NCBI RefSeq assembly: GCF_009914755.1
Contig: NC_060939.1
DNA from: the human T2T-CHM13v2.0 reference genome, Homo sapiens
DNA length: 64,000 bases
Strand: one strand, 5' to 3'
Positions within the stretch are counted from its first letter, which is position 1; each line of letters opens with the position of its first letter. A model generated the notes under the pieces. It did not search any database. It worked only from the letters and a program-made list of their open reading frames with translations, and was not told the DNA's origin. Shown in pieces: positions 45,980 through 59,280 of the stretch. Made by a program: the position numbers and the translations under genes.

Positions 45980-47679
45980 ATGTAGATGAAAGGCCTGCTT
46001 ATGATCATTTGAGCCTAGAATCAAACTCTATTTTAAACTATTTTTATATAGTTTTCATGTACATAGCATTTCCAGAAATTCAGCTACTATGTAAATCAAA
46101 GGAATGTGATGCTTTGTTTTATTCAGAACATTCTCAAGAGTTATTTGCCATTTAGAAAACCAAGTCACAAATGGCATTGCCACTGCCTGCATTTGTCCTT
46201 AGGCCATTTGCAGTGCAAACATCTGACCACAGTACTTCAATATGTCTCTGGTAAAGTCATATCCAAGATTGAAATAATACTCCTTTAATAAAAATTACTT
46301 TCCTTTTTTTCCTCCTTCCTATTCTAGTTAGAGCATTACACTGTGTATCAGTAAGCTCCCCAACCCCACCACCTGCTACAACAGGAAACGGGGGGTTCAA
46401 TATTTGCAAAGTAGAGGGCAGGTTTAAGGGAACCAACTGGGCTTGGTGAGACACCCTGGGATAAGCAACAGCAGAAGTCTTTGCTGCCCCTTGGTCTGAA
46501 GGGGCCTGGGACAGGTATGATGGTGAAGCCCAGCCCCTCCCCCCTCTACCTCCATGAGCTGTGACCAGAGAGATAGGCCTGTACTGTAGGTATCTTGCTG
46601 GGTCAGGGGATAAATGCCCTCATCTCTTTCCTCCTCTGTTGCATCTCCTGTCTGTGCCTCCCACTGGCCTGCTGTACCACGAAGCCAGAGAGCTAGGAGG
46701 CGGGTCGATGCAATCTGTGGAGATAATCACAGGGCAGGCCAGGTCATAGGAGGTTACAGAATAGATAGGGGAAGAGAAGTAAGCAGTACATATTGATCTT
46801 TTTAAATTTTTATATGTAGATAAGTTATACTGCCTATGAATTTCATTTCAAGATTGTAAAGCAAATGCTGTAATTATAGCAAGGGAGCACTGAATCTCTT
46901 TAGGATTGACAATCACTGCCTGGAACCACCAGGGCCTCTAAGGGAAACCAGTTTTGAATAGAGACCAGTCAAAAATGAGGAAGACTGTGTCTTAAATACT
47001 GTGTTTTAAATAGTGAAATGAGGGAGCTATAGCCACAAAAATGACAGGCAAGCGAAGGAATCTGACCAAGATATCCTTAAGGAACCAACCCCCCACTGGG
47101 AAAGATAGGCTTAACCTAATCACAGTTGGAGGACCATTATTTTTTAAATGTATCAGTTACACAAAATTGCTTGTATAACTTGTATAATGTTAAAGAAAAA
47201 TAATAATGCAGCCTGAATTTACTCATAGAATATATTATATTTAATATTATTAAGTTATGTACAATTATAATTTTAGGAGAAAGATAAACGGTGAATCTGG
47301 TTATAGCAGAGTGAGAAAATAATTCTTTTTCTGATCATAGAAGTAAAGGTATAACAAGATGCAAAATGAATGAGGCAGTCTCCACCAAATAGGCTTGGCT
47401 TTGGCAATGACCCCAGGGAGTCCTGGTTTCCCACTGCTGCCGTGCGCTGACCCTTTCCCATCACGCTTCCCACCCTTGCTCTTCATTTGTTGCCTAACTT
47501 AGCCTCAATGAATGACAGTTCTTCTTGGTTTGTTTCTCACCGGTGCTGTAAGCTCCCTGAGGCAGGGACTGTGTTACTGATGACTTTATGTTTCCTTCAG
47601 TTTCCACCAGACATATAGTAGAGGCTAAATGTCTTATTTGCTTGATTGTTTGTTCATTTTCCAATTTGTGGAGGTTTAA

Positions 47680-48380
<701 letters not shown>

Positions 48381-49399
48381 GCCTGGTTTTGAAAGCCCAT
48401 CGTCTTGTTTTCTGTGTCTGCCTTCACAGGAAGCTGCAGGACAGTGTCTGGGAAAAGCACTGAGCTGATGTCAGAAGTTCTGACTGCCATTCAGTAGTGG
48501 GACGTTCAACATTAAAACTGTTGCCAGGTAGCTCTCTCATATTCCCTGGGTCTGTTTCCCCAGCAGAGGGCTAACGAAGAGGTCAAACTAGTGGATCTTT
48601 CCATTTCCTTCCAGCTCTCACATTTTCTCTCTGCCGGCTTTCCCCTAGCAACCAGTTGGAATTGGAGTGTATTTTACATTAGATACATTTACTGAAAAGA
48701 ATTTTATATTTCCCAGTTAATTAAGAATGAGTTAATTAAATTGCTTTAATGGTTGTGACTTTATTGATTTTCCACCTCTACCTCAGTAAGTTTCTTGTAC
48801 ACCCTCCCCCATGCCCAACCTCCCAGGAGACAAACTAAAAGTAAGGCCTGATATTGTTTTCATTCCTAAGTTACATAACCAGTTTCAGTGTGGAATATGA
48901 TTTAAACAGACAGGAAGAAACACTGCCTTTTTATGAGAGGAATTTAAAAGTGGAGATGATGAATTTAACAATTTAACTTTCAAAGACAAAAAAAGTCTGT
49001 AGGAATTTTAAAAAGTAGATGTTATTTTTAAAAAGGGTAATGCTAGTATTAAATGAATTTAAATGACCGATTTCCAGTTTGGGGTGTGTGACTTCAAATG
49101 AATCTGTGATAATCCAAAGAGACGCCCGCCCGCCTGCCTGCCTTTCTTCCTTCCAAAGTTGTTTATTGAGCTGTTCACAGGTGAAACATGGTGGTGTAGC
49201 AGCACATTGCCCATAGATCACACTGTGAATGGAGCACCCTGGAGCTGTGCAAATGGTGGTCCTGAAACAAAAATGGCTGCCACAGGGGCCTTTCCCTTTA
49301 ATAGCTAACTATCAAATCAGAGGAACAGACCTGTATACAACTACCTGTCAAGCAGACAGGGTAGAGTCCCTAAGACCTCCTAGTCAGTCCCAGTGAAGC

Positions 49400-50145
49400 C
49401 TTCCTCACTCTCCCAACCAGAAACCTTCGAGTCTTTGACTCCCACCTTTCACTTCATGTCCAATCCAGCCACTTCTTGCTATCTCCACTGCCATTGCCTG
49501 CGTCATCTCTTGGCTGCATTAACATGGTTGCCTCTTCCCCACCCTCTACCGGTTTCTCCATTATTCACTCTCTACAGGGCACCAGAGCATAGAACGTCTG
49601 CTTCTGTTCCCCTTTTCACTCAGCGTAAGAGCCGAAGTCCTTACAATAACTAAGAAGCCCTACAGGATCATCTCCTACTGTTTTCCCCTCATTTACTCCT
49701 CTCCCTCCATACTAGACACCATGATAGTTCCTCAAACACACGCCAGGCTCCTGCTTCAGGACTTTTACACCAGCTGTTCCCTCTCCCAAGAATGTTCCTC
49801 CCAGATAGCTATAGGGTGACTGCGTTACATCCCTTAGCTCTTGGTGAAAGTCATCTGCTCCATGCAGCTGCCCTTTACCACCCTATTTAATACTGCAACC
49901 TGCCACCCACATACTGACTCCCCAGCCCTAAGCCTGCTCTTGTTTTTTCCCCACAGTATACCACCTTCAAACATAATGTATTTATAATGTCTGTTTCCTT
50001 CCACTAGAACATAAGAAGATCCCAGGGGGCAGGGTTGTTTTCTTCTTTCGTATTTCCAAGCACCTAGAACAGTTCCTGGAACATAATAACTGCTCCAAAA
50101 AAAAGCTTCCTGAATGAGTGGATGGATGAATGAATGAATGAATGG
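49400..50145 (+). mobile_element. L2 3' fragment; MIR follows at ~50215-50395
   Basis: cacctagaacagttcctgg ... (GAAT)n terminus; MIR core ttgggcaagttcctt ... ctcaataaatgttagc. Confidence 0.75.
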
Positions 50146-50410
50146 TTGAAGCCCCCTAGTCTCCCACTACAATTTCACACTTCCACAACAACACTTATGG
50201 ATCTTCACCCATAAGCTGTGAAGTCTGACCTTGGGCAAGTTCCTTAGCTTCTCTGGGTCTCTATTTTATTACTGCTAAGTGGGGTTGATAAGTTCCTGTA
50301 TTTACCTAATAGGGTCATTGTGTGGATTAAATGAGTTCTTTCCTGAAGAACGGTGACTGGCACACAAAGTCCTCAATAAATGTTAGCTGTTATTACTGTT
50401 TTTTTAATTA

Positions 50411-50490
50411 TTAGGTTGGTGCAAATGTAATTGCAGATTTTGCCATTTAAAGGTAATGGCAGAAACCATTATTCTTTTGCACCAACCTAA
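50411..50490. mobile_element. MADE1 (Hsmar1-derived MITE)
   Basis: 80-bp near-palindrome ttaggttggtgcaaa ... ttttgcaccaacctaa, preceded by TA. Confidence 0.92.
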
Positions 50491-50865
50491 TTAAAAAAAA
50501 AAGATTTAGAGGCGGGGGTTTCCACTATGTTACCCAGGCTGGACTTGAACTTCTGGCCACAAGTGATCCACCCACCTCAGCCTCCAGAGTAGCTGGGACT
50601 TCAGACCAGAACCACTGCTCCTGGCTCTATTACTGTTGTTCTTAAAGCTGTTGACCAGGGACAGAATAGGGGCTTGATGTGTAGTGAGGGAAGAAACGAA
50701 TGACTGAATGAACTCCTGTCTGCTTGAGAGACTAGCAATGGCTGGACAGAGGCTGGAATAGCACGTCAGGTGTGCTGAGCTGGGAGCCTGGGCAAAGCAA
50801 AGCTGGGAAGGCAGGTCAGGCGGGGACGGATGCTCTGTGGTGCCCCACGAGGAGGAGTTTGGACT

Positions 50866-50925
50866 TGATCCTGCAGGCTATGAGAGAGGAACCGGTGATC
50901 CTGCAGGCTATGAGAGAGGAACCGG
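50866..50925. repeat. Perfect 30-bp tandem duplication
   Basis: tgatcctgcaggctatgagagaggaaccgg x2. Confidence 0.97.
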
Positions 50926-52445
50926 TGCCCAGATCTGCATTTTGAGGAAAGTGTGTGGAGAACGGATTATTAGTAGGTGGGGAGATCAGTTAGGAGGGTG
51001 TAGACGTTTCTGGAAGGGAATAATGGGCCTTTGGGTAGAACAACTGTTGTGGGAACAGAGAGTGGAGACATTTTGGCGGCAGAACCATCAACAGGACTAG
51101 TCTGACATGCTTCATTAAAAAGCAAACCCTGTATCCGCTCCTTCAGTGCAAGCTTAGGAAGTTGATCCACTTTTTATGCTCTATCAGGTAGAAAAATATG
51201 ATTAATATGAATTATATTGATTCATACCTACCATGAATTTCTAAATGAACTTTAATTTGTATTAACCGGCTCTTTGGGCTTATTAGTCAATACAGAAACC
51301 GACGGTTTTTCTCCTGGGAGAATGTTTAGACTAGGAAAAAAAAAAAAAAGGAAATTCTTTCCTTGCTAGGTAATAAGAGAAGGATGAGGTAAGCATGGCC
51401 AAAACACAAAGTGAAGAAAAGTTCTGGAACCCGCTGTCATAAAACAGTCCTCATGAAACCTCAGCAGGTACTGGCACAGCTGCTTTTAAAGGTTAAAACA
51501 GGAAATACACACATTCTGATTAAAGCCCATCTAAGTTCTGATAAGAGCTGATGAGGGTTTGAAAACATTGGCATTTCAGGATCTCGGTAAAGTGACTTTC
51601 TAAGCAAAAACAAAAACAAAAACAAAAGACAAACAAACAAAAACCAGGGTGGAGGGAGGGGCAAAGCTTTGATAAAGCTGCAAGGTGAGATGAACTCAGC
51701 AGCTGGAGTTAAGATGCCAAAGATGAAGCCTCCCTGTCTGCATATATTGGCCAGCAATTGACAGCTCTGCCCCTTGAACATAATTGCCTTCCCTCTTGGT
51801 CTGGGAAATTTCACAGTTTGTTGTCAGTCTTTGATGCTCAGGTGGTGTTAAATATTTTAAAACCAACAGAAACCTCCAAATCCTAACATCTCTGCCCAGA
51901 TGTCAGCCCAGATCTGGCTTCTCTTTCTCCAGAGCTGTGATTGTTATTGTTACTTTAAAGTAGTTCTCATCCATTGGACGTCACATATCCTGAAAACCTG
52001 TGTTCTCAGAATTTTGAAATTTGCCTTTTTAAGGTCTTCAGGAAATGTGTGCAGGCATTTAACGCACACAGCTGTTTTAAATGCATGATGAGGGCATGAC
52101 TATGCTTAGATATTGCCACCTCCAAGACAAGAATGGCCGTTTTCTTGTTAATTCTTTCTTTAGTGGCCAAAATTGGGTCCAAAGGAGAAGTTTCCTTTGC
52201 TCTCTGAGATAGAATGGTCAGCAGGGGAAGGTTAGATGTGTCGGCTGCTCTGTGTCCAGCCCTGTGAGACTTGATTTGTGAGGAGGTGCTGCTGGTGAGG
52301 GAGGAAGCGCCTCAGGAAGAAGCCCAGGTAAGCCCAGGCAGCTGTGGATTGTGCAGGCCCTGGCACACGCTTTCCTACTGGGCACTTAGAAACACTTCTG
52401 TGCCTTGCAACCTTGCTTTCTTTGGGGATATTTCTCCATGGACAT

Positions 52446-53336
<891 letters not shown>

Positions 53337-53526
53337 TGATTCTACTGGAATGGTTCATCAAATGGCTTTACTTGTAGTTTAGTCTTTATTCTTTGCTTCA
53401 CAATTCTGTGCACCTGAAGTATCCTCATCGTAAGGCTGCTGTTACCCTGTCAGCAACAACTGTGAATGGAGGGAAGGGGGGAGGGTGGAGTGCTATGAAA
53501 GCCTAGGGAGAAAAATCTGAAACCTG

Positions 53527-53612
53527 TGGCGGGGGGCGGGCAGGGGGTGGGGGCAGGGGGGGAAGGGGGGACTTGGGGGGGTGGGGGGGGAAGGGGGGAC
53601 TTGGGAGGTGGG
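53527..53612 (+). repeat. G-rich low-complexity tract (G-quadruplex potential)
   Basis: More than eight runs of 3-8 G; ggggggaagggggacttggg occurs twice. Confidence 0.85.
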
Positions 53613-55242
53613 CAGCCTTCAATCTTCACACCTTTAAAAGGGGCAAGAACTCACAAGCGGAAAAACAACAACATTTACTCTAAAGAGAAAAGCAATTGCT
53701 ATTTGGAAACAGTGGCAGAGCAAATTGAGGTGATAACCATAAAACATTTTTACTTCTGACAAGAGAGTCCCTTTAGGGCAGGTAATGGTCTGTTAAATAT
53801 CAAAGGAGCAGACCAAAGACCTAAGGACACTTAATATGGAGAAGGGATGAGCTGGGGAGAGGGAAGGGATGTGGGCTCTGTCTCAAGGAGCCACAGCCCC
53901 GTCATGTAGAAGAGGACCAGGAACAAGAGGCATATGCAGTGAGCCATGAAAAAACAGTTGGGGGCTTCTTCTGATACAGAGCTAACCAACAATGGGATGG
54001 CATCTTAGGAGTAAAAAGGAGTTCCTGGCACTGGGAGTATGTAAGTCTGTATGGTCGCATGACAGAGATGCCATAGTAAAGGCAATTCTTGTATCAGGCA
54101 AGAAACTGCACCAGGGTCAATATTTTGCAGACTTTAAAATCATGTTTTAAAGCAGAACTCTTTCTTCGAATGAGATAATACACCATGGTACCACAATTTA
54201 TAAAACAAAGCGGGGCCTCTTTGGTGATCCCTGGAATAGGGATCTGGAGCCCTCCCATGTGGACACCTCTTTGGAATATCCTGGGTGCATATCAAGTCCT
54301 TTCTGACAGGAGCTCCTTTGATTCTGTGGTTCTTTGAGAATTTTCCAAACCGGAACTTCTGCTCCCCTCCCAGGCTTTTCCTGAGCTGCCCACACACTTC
54401 CTTGGATGTGGTGTCACCAAGGTGGTGATGTTTATGGGGAAGGGGAAAGACGTGAGTGTGTGCACTGCTGCAGCCACATACCTCACATGCCCCTCTCCAG
54501 GGATGGCACACGGTGAGGGCTTTCCATGCTGGGGTCAAGGATTGCAGGGGCAGCAGATGGCAGAGGCTGCAATTTGAGTTTAACCAAGCCTTTCACCACC
54601 TTTGGTGCAGACAGGAGAAAAGGCAGGGAGCCCCAAAGCCTGCGCCAATGGGAAGGGCAGGGGTAGAATTGGTTTTGCCATGCTGGGGGAAACCTGTCTT
54701 GAAGGTAGCCTAGGAGACTGTCAGAGCCTGCCCTGGTGGTGGGATTTCAGAGGTGAACCTGGGGGACTTCCCAGACTCTAAAGGGGCCAAATGTGAGAAG
54801 GCCCATGGACTTGCCACAGAGGGGAGGGCCGCCAGCCAGGGCCTGCCTTTGTCTGCCCAGACTTGCTGGCTCTGAGTCTGTTTTTTCCAACAGAACCAGA
54901 ACTTTGTCATAAAATTCTTGGACTACTTGAGTTTCTGGATTAGAAAGTCTCCTCCTCACCCCCTCCTCACCCCCTCCCCACCCCCACAATGATGATAGCT
55001 CCAGTCTTTCTCATAAACACCTAACAAGAGTAAAATGTTTTCCCTTCAGAAGGATAACAAAAAGAATAACACCAAGGAGATTTCGTTATAGTGCAGCTGC
55101 TTCTCTGGTTGGCAAGAGACACAGCTGTAACCTGGAGCTGTTTTTGTTTATTTGAAAGGAAAGGCAAGACAAGTATTCATTAATTCCACAAACATTTACT
55201 GAGCCCACAGAGCCACTGGGATTCTGCTGGTCACTGGGGAGA

Positions 55243-55688
<446 letters not shown>

Positions 55689-55790
55689 ATTGAGGATATT
55701 AAGTCAGCCCCAGCTCTGAAGGTGCCATCAGTGAGGAGGAGATGGACATAAGAAAATCACAGCCCAGGTTCTAAAGGCCTCATCTTCTTT

Positions 55791-55822
<32 letters not shown>

Positions 55823-56031
55823 AAGAAAGAAAGAAAATCACAGCCTGGAAATCCGTGAATTGACACTGATAAGTTCACACAGGCTATACAGTTAGCCAGG
55901 TGAAGAAAAGAAGGATACCAAGCCTTCTAAGCAGAGAGTAGAGCATGTGTGGGCAGCCCAGAGTCAGGGAAGTGTGGGCTTCCTCCTTGGTAGAGAGGGG
56001 CATGAGAGGTGCTGGGTAGAGAGGGCCAGAA

Positions 56032-56549
56032 TGTTATAGGAAAGGCATCCTGATCCAGACCCCAAGAGAGGGTTCTTGGATCTTGCACAAGAAATAATTC
56101 AGGGTAAGTCCGCAGTGCAATGTAAAAGCAAGTTTATTAAGAAGGTAAAGTGGTGAAAGGACGGCTACTCCATAGACAGAGCAGGACGTTCCCGAAAGTA
56201 AGAGGAGGAAGGCGTCCACCCTGGGTACAATGCTTGTATATATGGAGAGATGTGCTCTGCTACAAGGGTTTGTGATAAAGGATTAATTTTCTTAATTATG
56301 ATATTTTGCAAGAATTGATATTATTATCTTTAAAGCAAAATTAGGAATGCCTGTGTTCTCCAGATATCAGGATATCTGGACATTCCCGTCTGGGTCTGTT
56401 TAGTAAACATTATTAATTTTTTCCCTTAACTGTAAATATCTAGAGGCCAGGAATGCCTGACTTTCTGAGAATGCAGCCCAGCAATTCCCAGCCCCATTTT
56501 CCTAGCCCTTACTCAAAATGGAGTCGCTCTGGTTCGAATGCCTCTGACA
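56032..56549 (-). mobile_element. MER41-family ERV1 solo LTR (subfamily uncertain)
   Basis: gatccagaccccaagagagggttcttggatct and aaaatggagtcgctctggttcgaatgcctctgaca ends; TG...CA termini; 4-bp TSD agaa (56028-56031, 56550-56553). Confidence 0.85.
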
Positions 56550-56760
56550 AGAAGATAGACCAATATGAGGGGCCAGGCAGGTCTGGTGGGTGCTGTCTGT
56601 CAAGCTGAATTTGGACTTTATCCTATGAATGATCAAAAACTGTTGATGGGTTTTAAGCAGGGGAGAGTCTTGACCACATTGGTAATATAGAAAAACTCTG
56701 TGAAATAAGGATGTACAGGATTTGCATCTAAAATGAACTCAGATCAAAATACAAAAGGCA

Positions 56761-57058
<298 letters not shown>

Positions 57059-57059
57059 T

Positions 57060-59280
57060 CAAAAAAGGCAATTAGTTGCAGGACTATTTGTAATGAGAAA
57101 CAGCCCAAATGTCTGTCAATAGGCTGGCTGAATGAACTATGGTACAGCCATGCCAAGAAGTACTAGGTAGCTGGAGAAAGAAGTGAAGACTGTTTCCATA
57201 TAGAATATATCATTAAGAAAAGGAATGTGTGTCTCACAGTTCTCTAAGGAAGGCAGGGATGCAAATATATAAACATGTAAATGTATCTGCTTATATTTAA
57301 AAGCACACAAGCAATGGAAGGATAAAGCAATGAAAAGTGGCTACCTGTAGGAGGAGAGAGGGAGCAGAACGGAAGAGATAGAGATGGAAGCTGGACTTAT
57401 TTGAAGATAGCTTGTTTTGTACATGTGACTTTGGAACTGAGTAAATATTTCATAAAAGTAAAAAAATTACATAAAAATGAATCCCCCCAAAAAGAAGCAA
57501 ATAAACATAATGTGCATCTGGTTGGTGGAGTCAGCACACAGATGAACTGTTCTAAACACAGTAATTTGACTGTACAACCCCAAAAGGATATAGCCTGAAG
57601 ACAAAAAGAACTGCAAATACACAAACGAAAATCTTAAATTGTTTTCAGCAGTCACTTGGCTGATGGGAGACTTGGTATTGGTGTTCTGAGACTGTTGTGT
57701 GCAGTGTGGAATGAAGCAAATGAGAAATTATGTGAAATTCTAATTCTGGAATTCCTGGTGTTTTTGAGAAATGAGATTCTGGACATGGGAGAAAGGAGGT
57801 ACAGATGGAAGAAGGAAGAGGTTGTGCAAACACCCTGTAGACCTAAATTTAATTGAAAGTATCAATATGAACTTATGATGTGCCTTATATTTATATTGAG
57901 AAAAAATGTATTTCCTAGTTCTGACCTCAGAAAAGACCTAAGAACAATAAGCATTTCAGTAGCTATGAGCACCCCAGTACCTAGATTATCTTCTTGAAAT
58001 ATACCCAGTAAAAGAACTAGTGTTCCCTGAAAAAGTGATTGATTCCAGGTCTGAGACAGGAAATGGACAACAGGTGACTGGAACATTGGCCATATCAGAT
58101 GGCAAGAAAGTTCTCTAAGACAGCTAGGGTGGTGTCCAAAGGACTCAGGAGTCAACTTGAAGAGGCCCCCTCTGGCCAAAGATGGGACCATTTTTGCATC
58201 AATAAAGGCAAAAATTGCAATGGATTGAAGCACATCAAATATGTTTAACTCCATGAGTTCATAATGATACTAAAACATATCTAATTGGTCACCTTTGGAG
58301 TATTCGGTGGTTCATAAACTGATAAAGAGAAATAATTGAGCATTTATCCCGCCTATACTGTACAAACTACTACTGGGTAACCAAATAGTAGATAAGGAGA
58401 CGTTTCTCTTTATAGAAGTAATTCAGCTCGTAAATCAAGAAGAAATGGTAGAATTAGAATATTGCCATGTGGCAATCCCTAATTAATGGATAGTGGCACT
58501 GATCAGCAATGTCTGCTAATATCACAAATTGAGATAACCAGACCTCATAGGCCTCCTATGAAGTATTCTTGCCAAAAAATTGGACCTGAATCTAGATTCA
58601 AATGGCAATTTACAGGAAATACAGGAGATAGAAGAAAATATTAAAGGACACAATGGATATGCAATCAGTCATTCTATACTGTGGGAAGCTCTACAGGATA
58701 AATGATCTAGTTTCTTTCTTTCTCTTTTCTTTTCTTTGTTTTTGAGACAGGGTCTCGTCTGTCACCCATGCTGGAGTGCAGCAGCATGATCACAGCTCAC
58801 TGCAGCCTCAATCTCCCAGACTCAAGTGATCCTCCTGCCTCAGCCCCCCTGAGGAGCTGGGACTACAGGTGCACACCACCATACCTGGCTAATTTTTGGT
58901 TTTGTTTTTTGGCAGAGACAGGGTTTTGCTATGTTGCCCATGCTGGTCTCAAACTCCTGGGCTCAAGTGATCCACCCTCCTCGGCCTACCAATTTCTGGG
59001 ATTACAGGTGTGAGCCACTGCACTGGGCCTTATTATCTAGTTTCTTAAACAAATAGGCTGTAAAGAAAAACAGACAGACATGTAAAGGAAACTGATAGTT
59101 AAAAGAATCACAACCTGCAAAACTTATTTAGATCAAGATTCAAACAATCTGAACAGAATAAAATAATTTTTTGGTGACATATGAAACACAATTAGAAATT
59201 TGAACACTGGCTGAATATTTGATTATATTAAAATTATTGTCAATTGTTTTTAAGTGGGATATTGTGGCTATGATTATTTT
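57060..59280 (+). mobile_element. Old L1MC/L1MD 3' fragments with a nested antisense AluJ (58711-59029)
   Basis: aaacagcccaaatgtctgtcaatagg and aaatttgaacactggctgaatatttgat ... attaaaattattg motifs. Confidence 0.65.
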
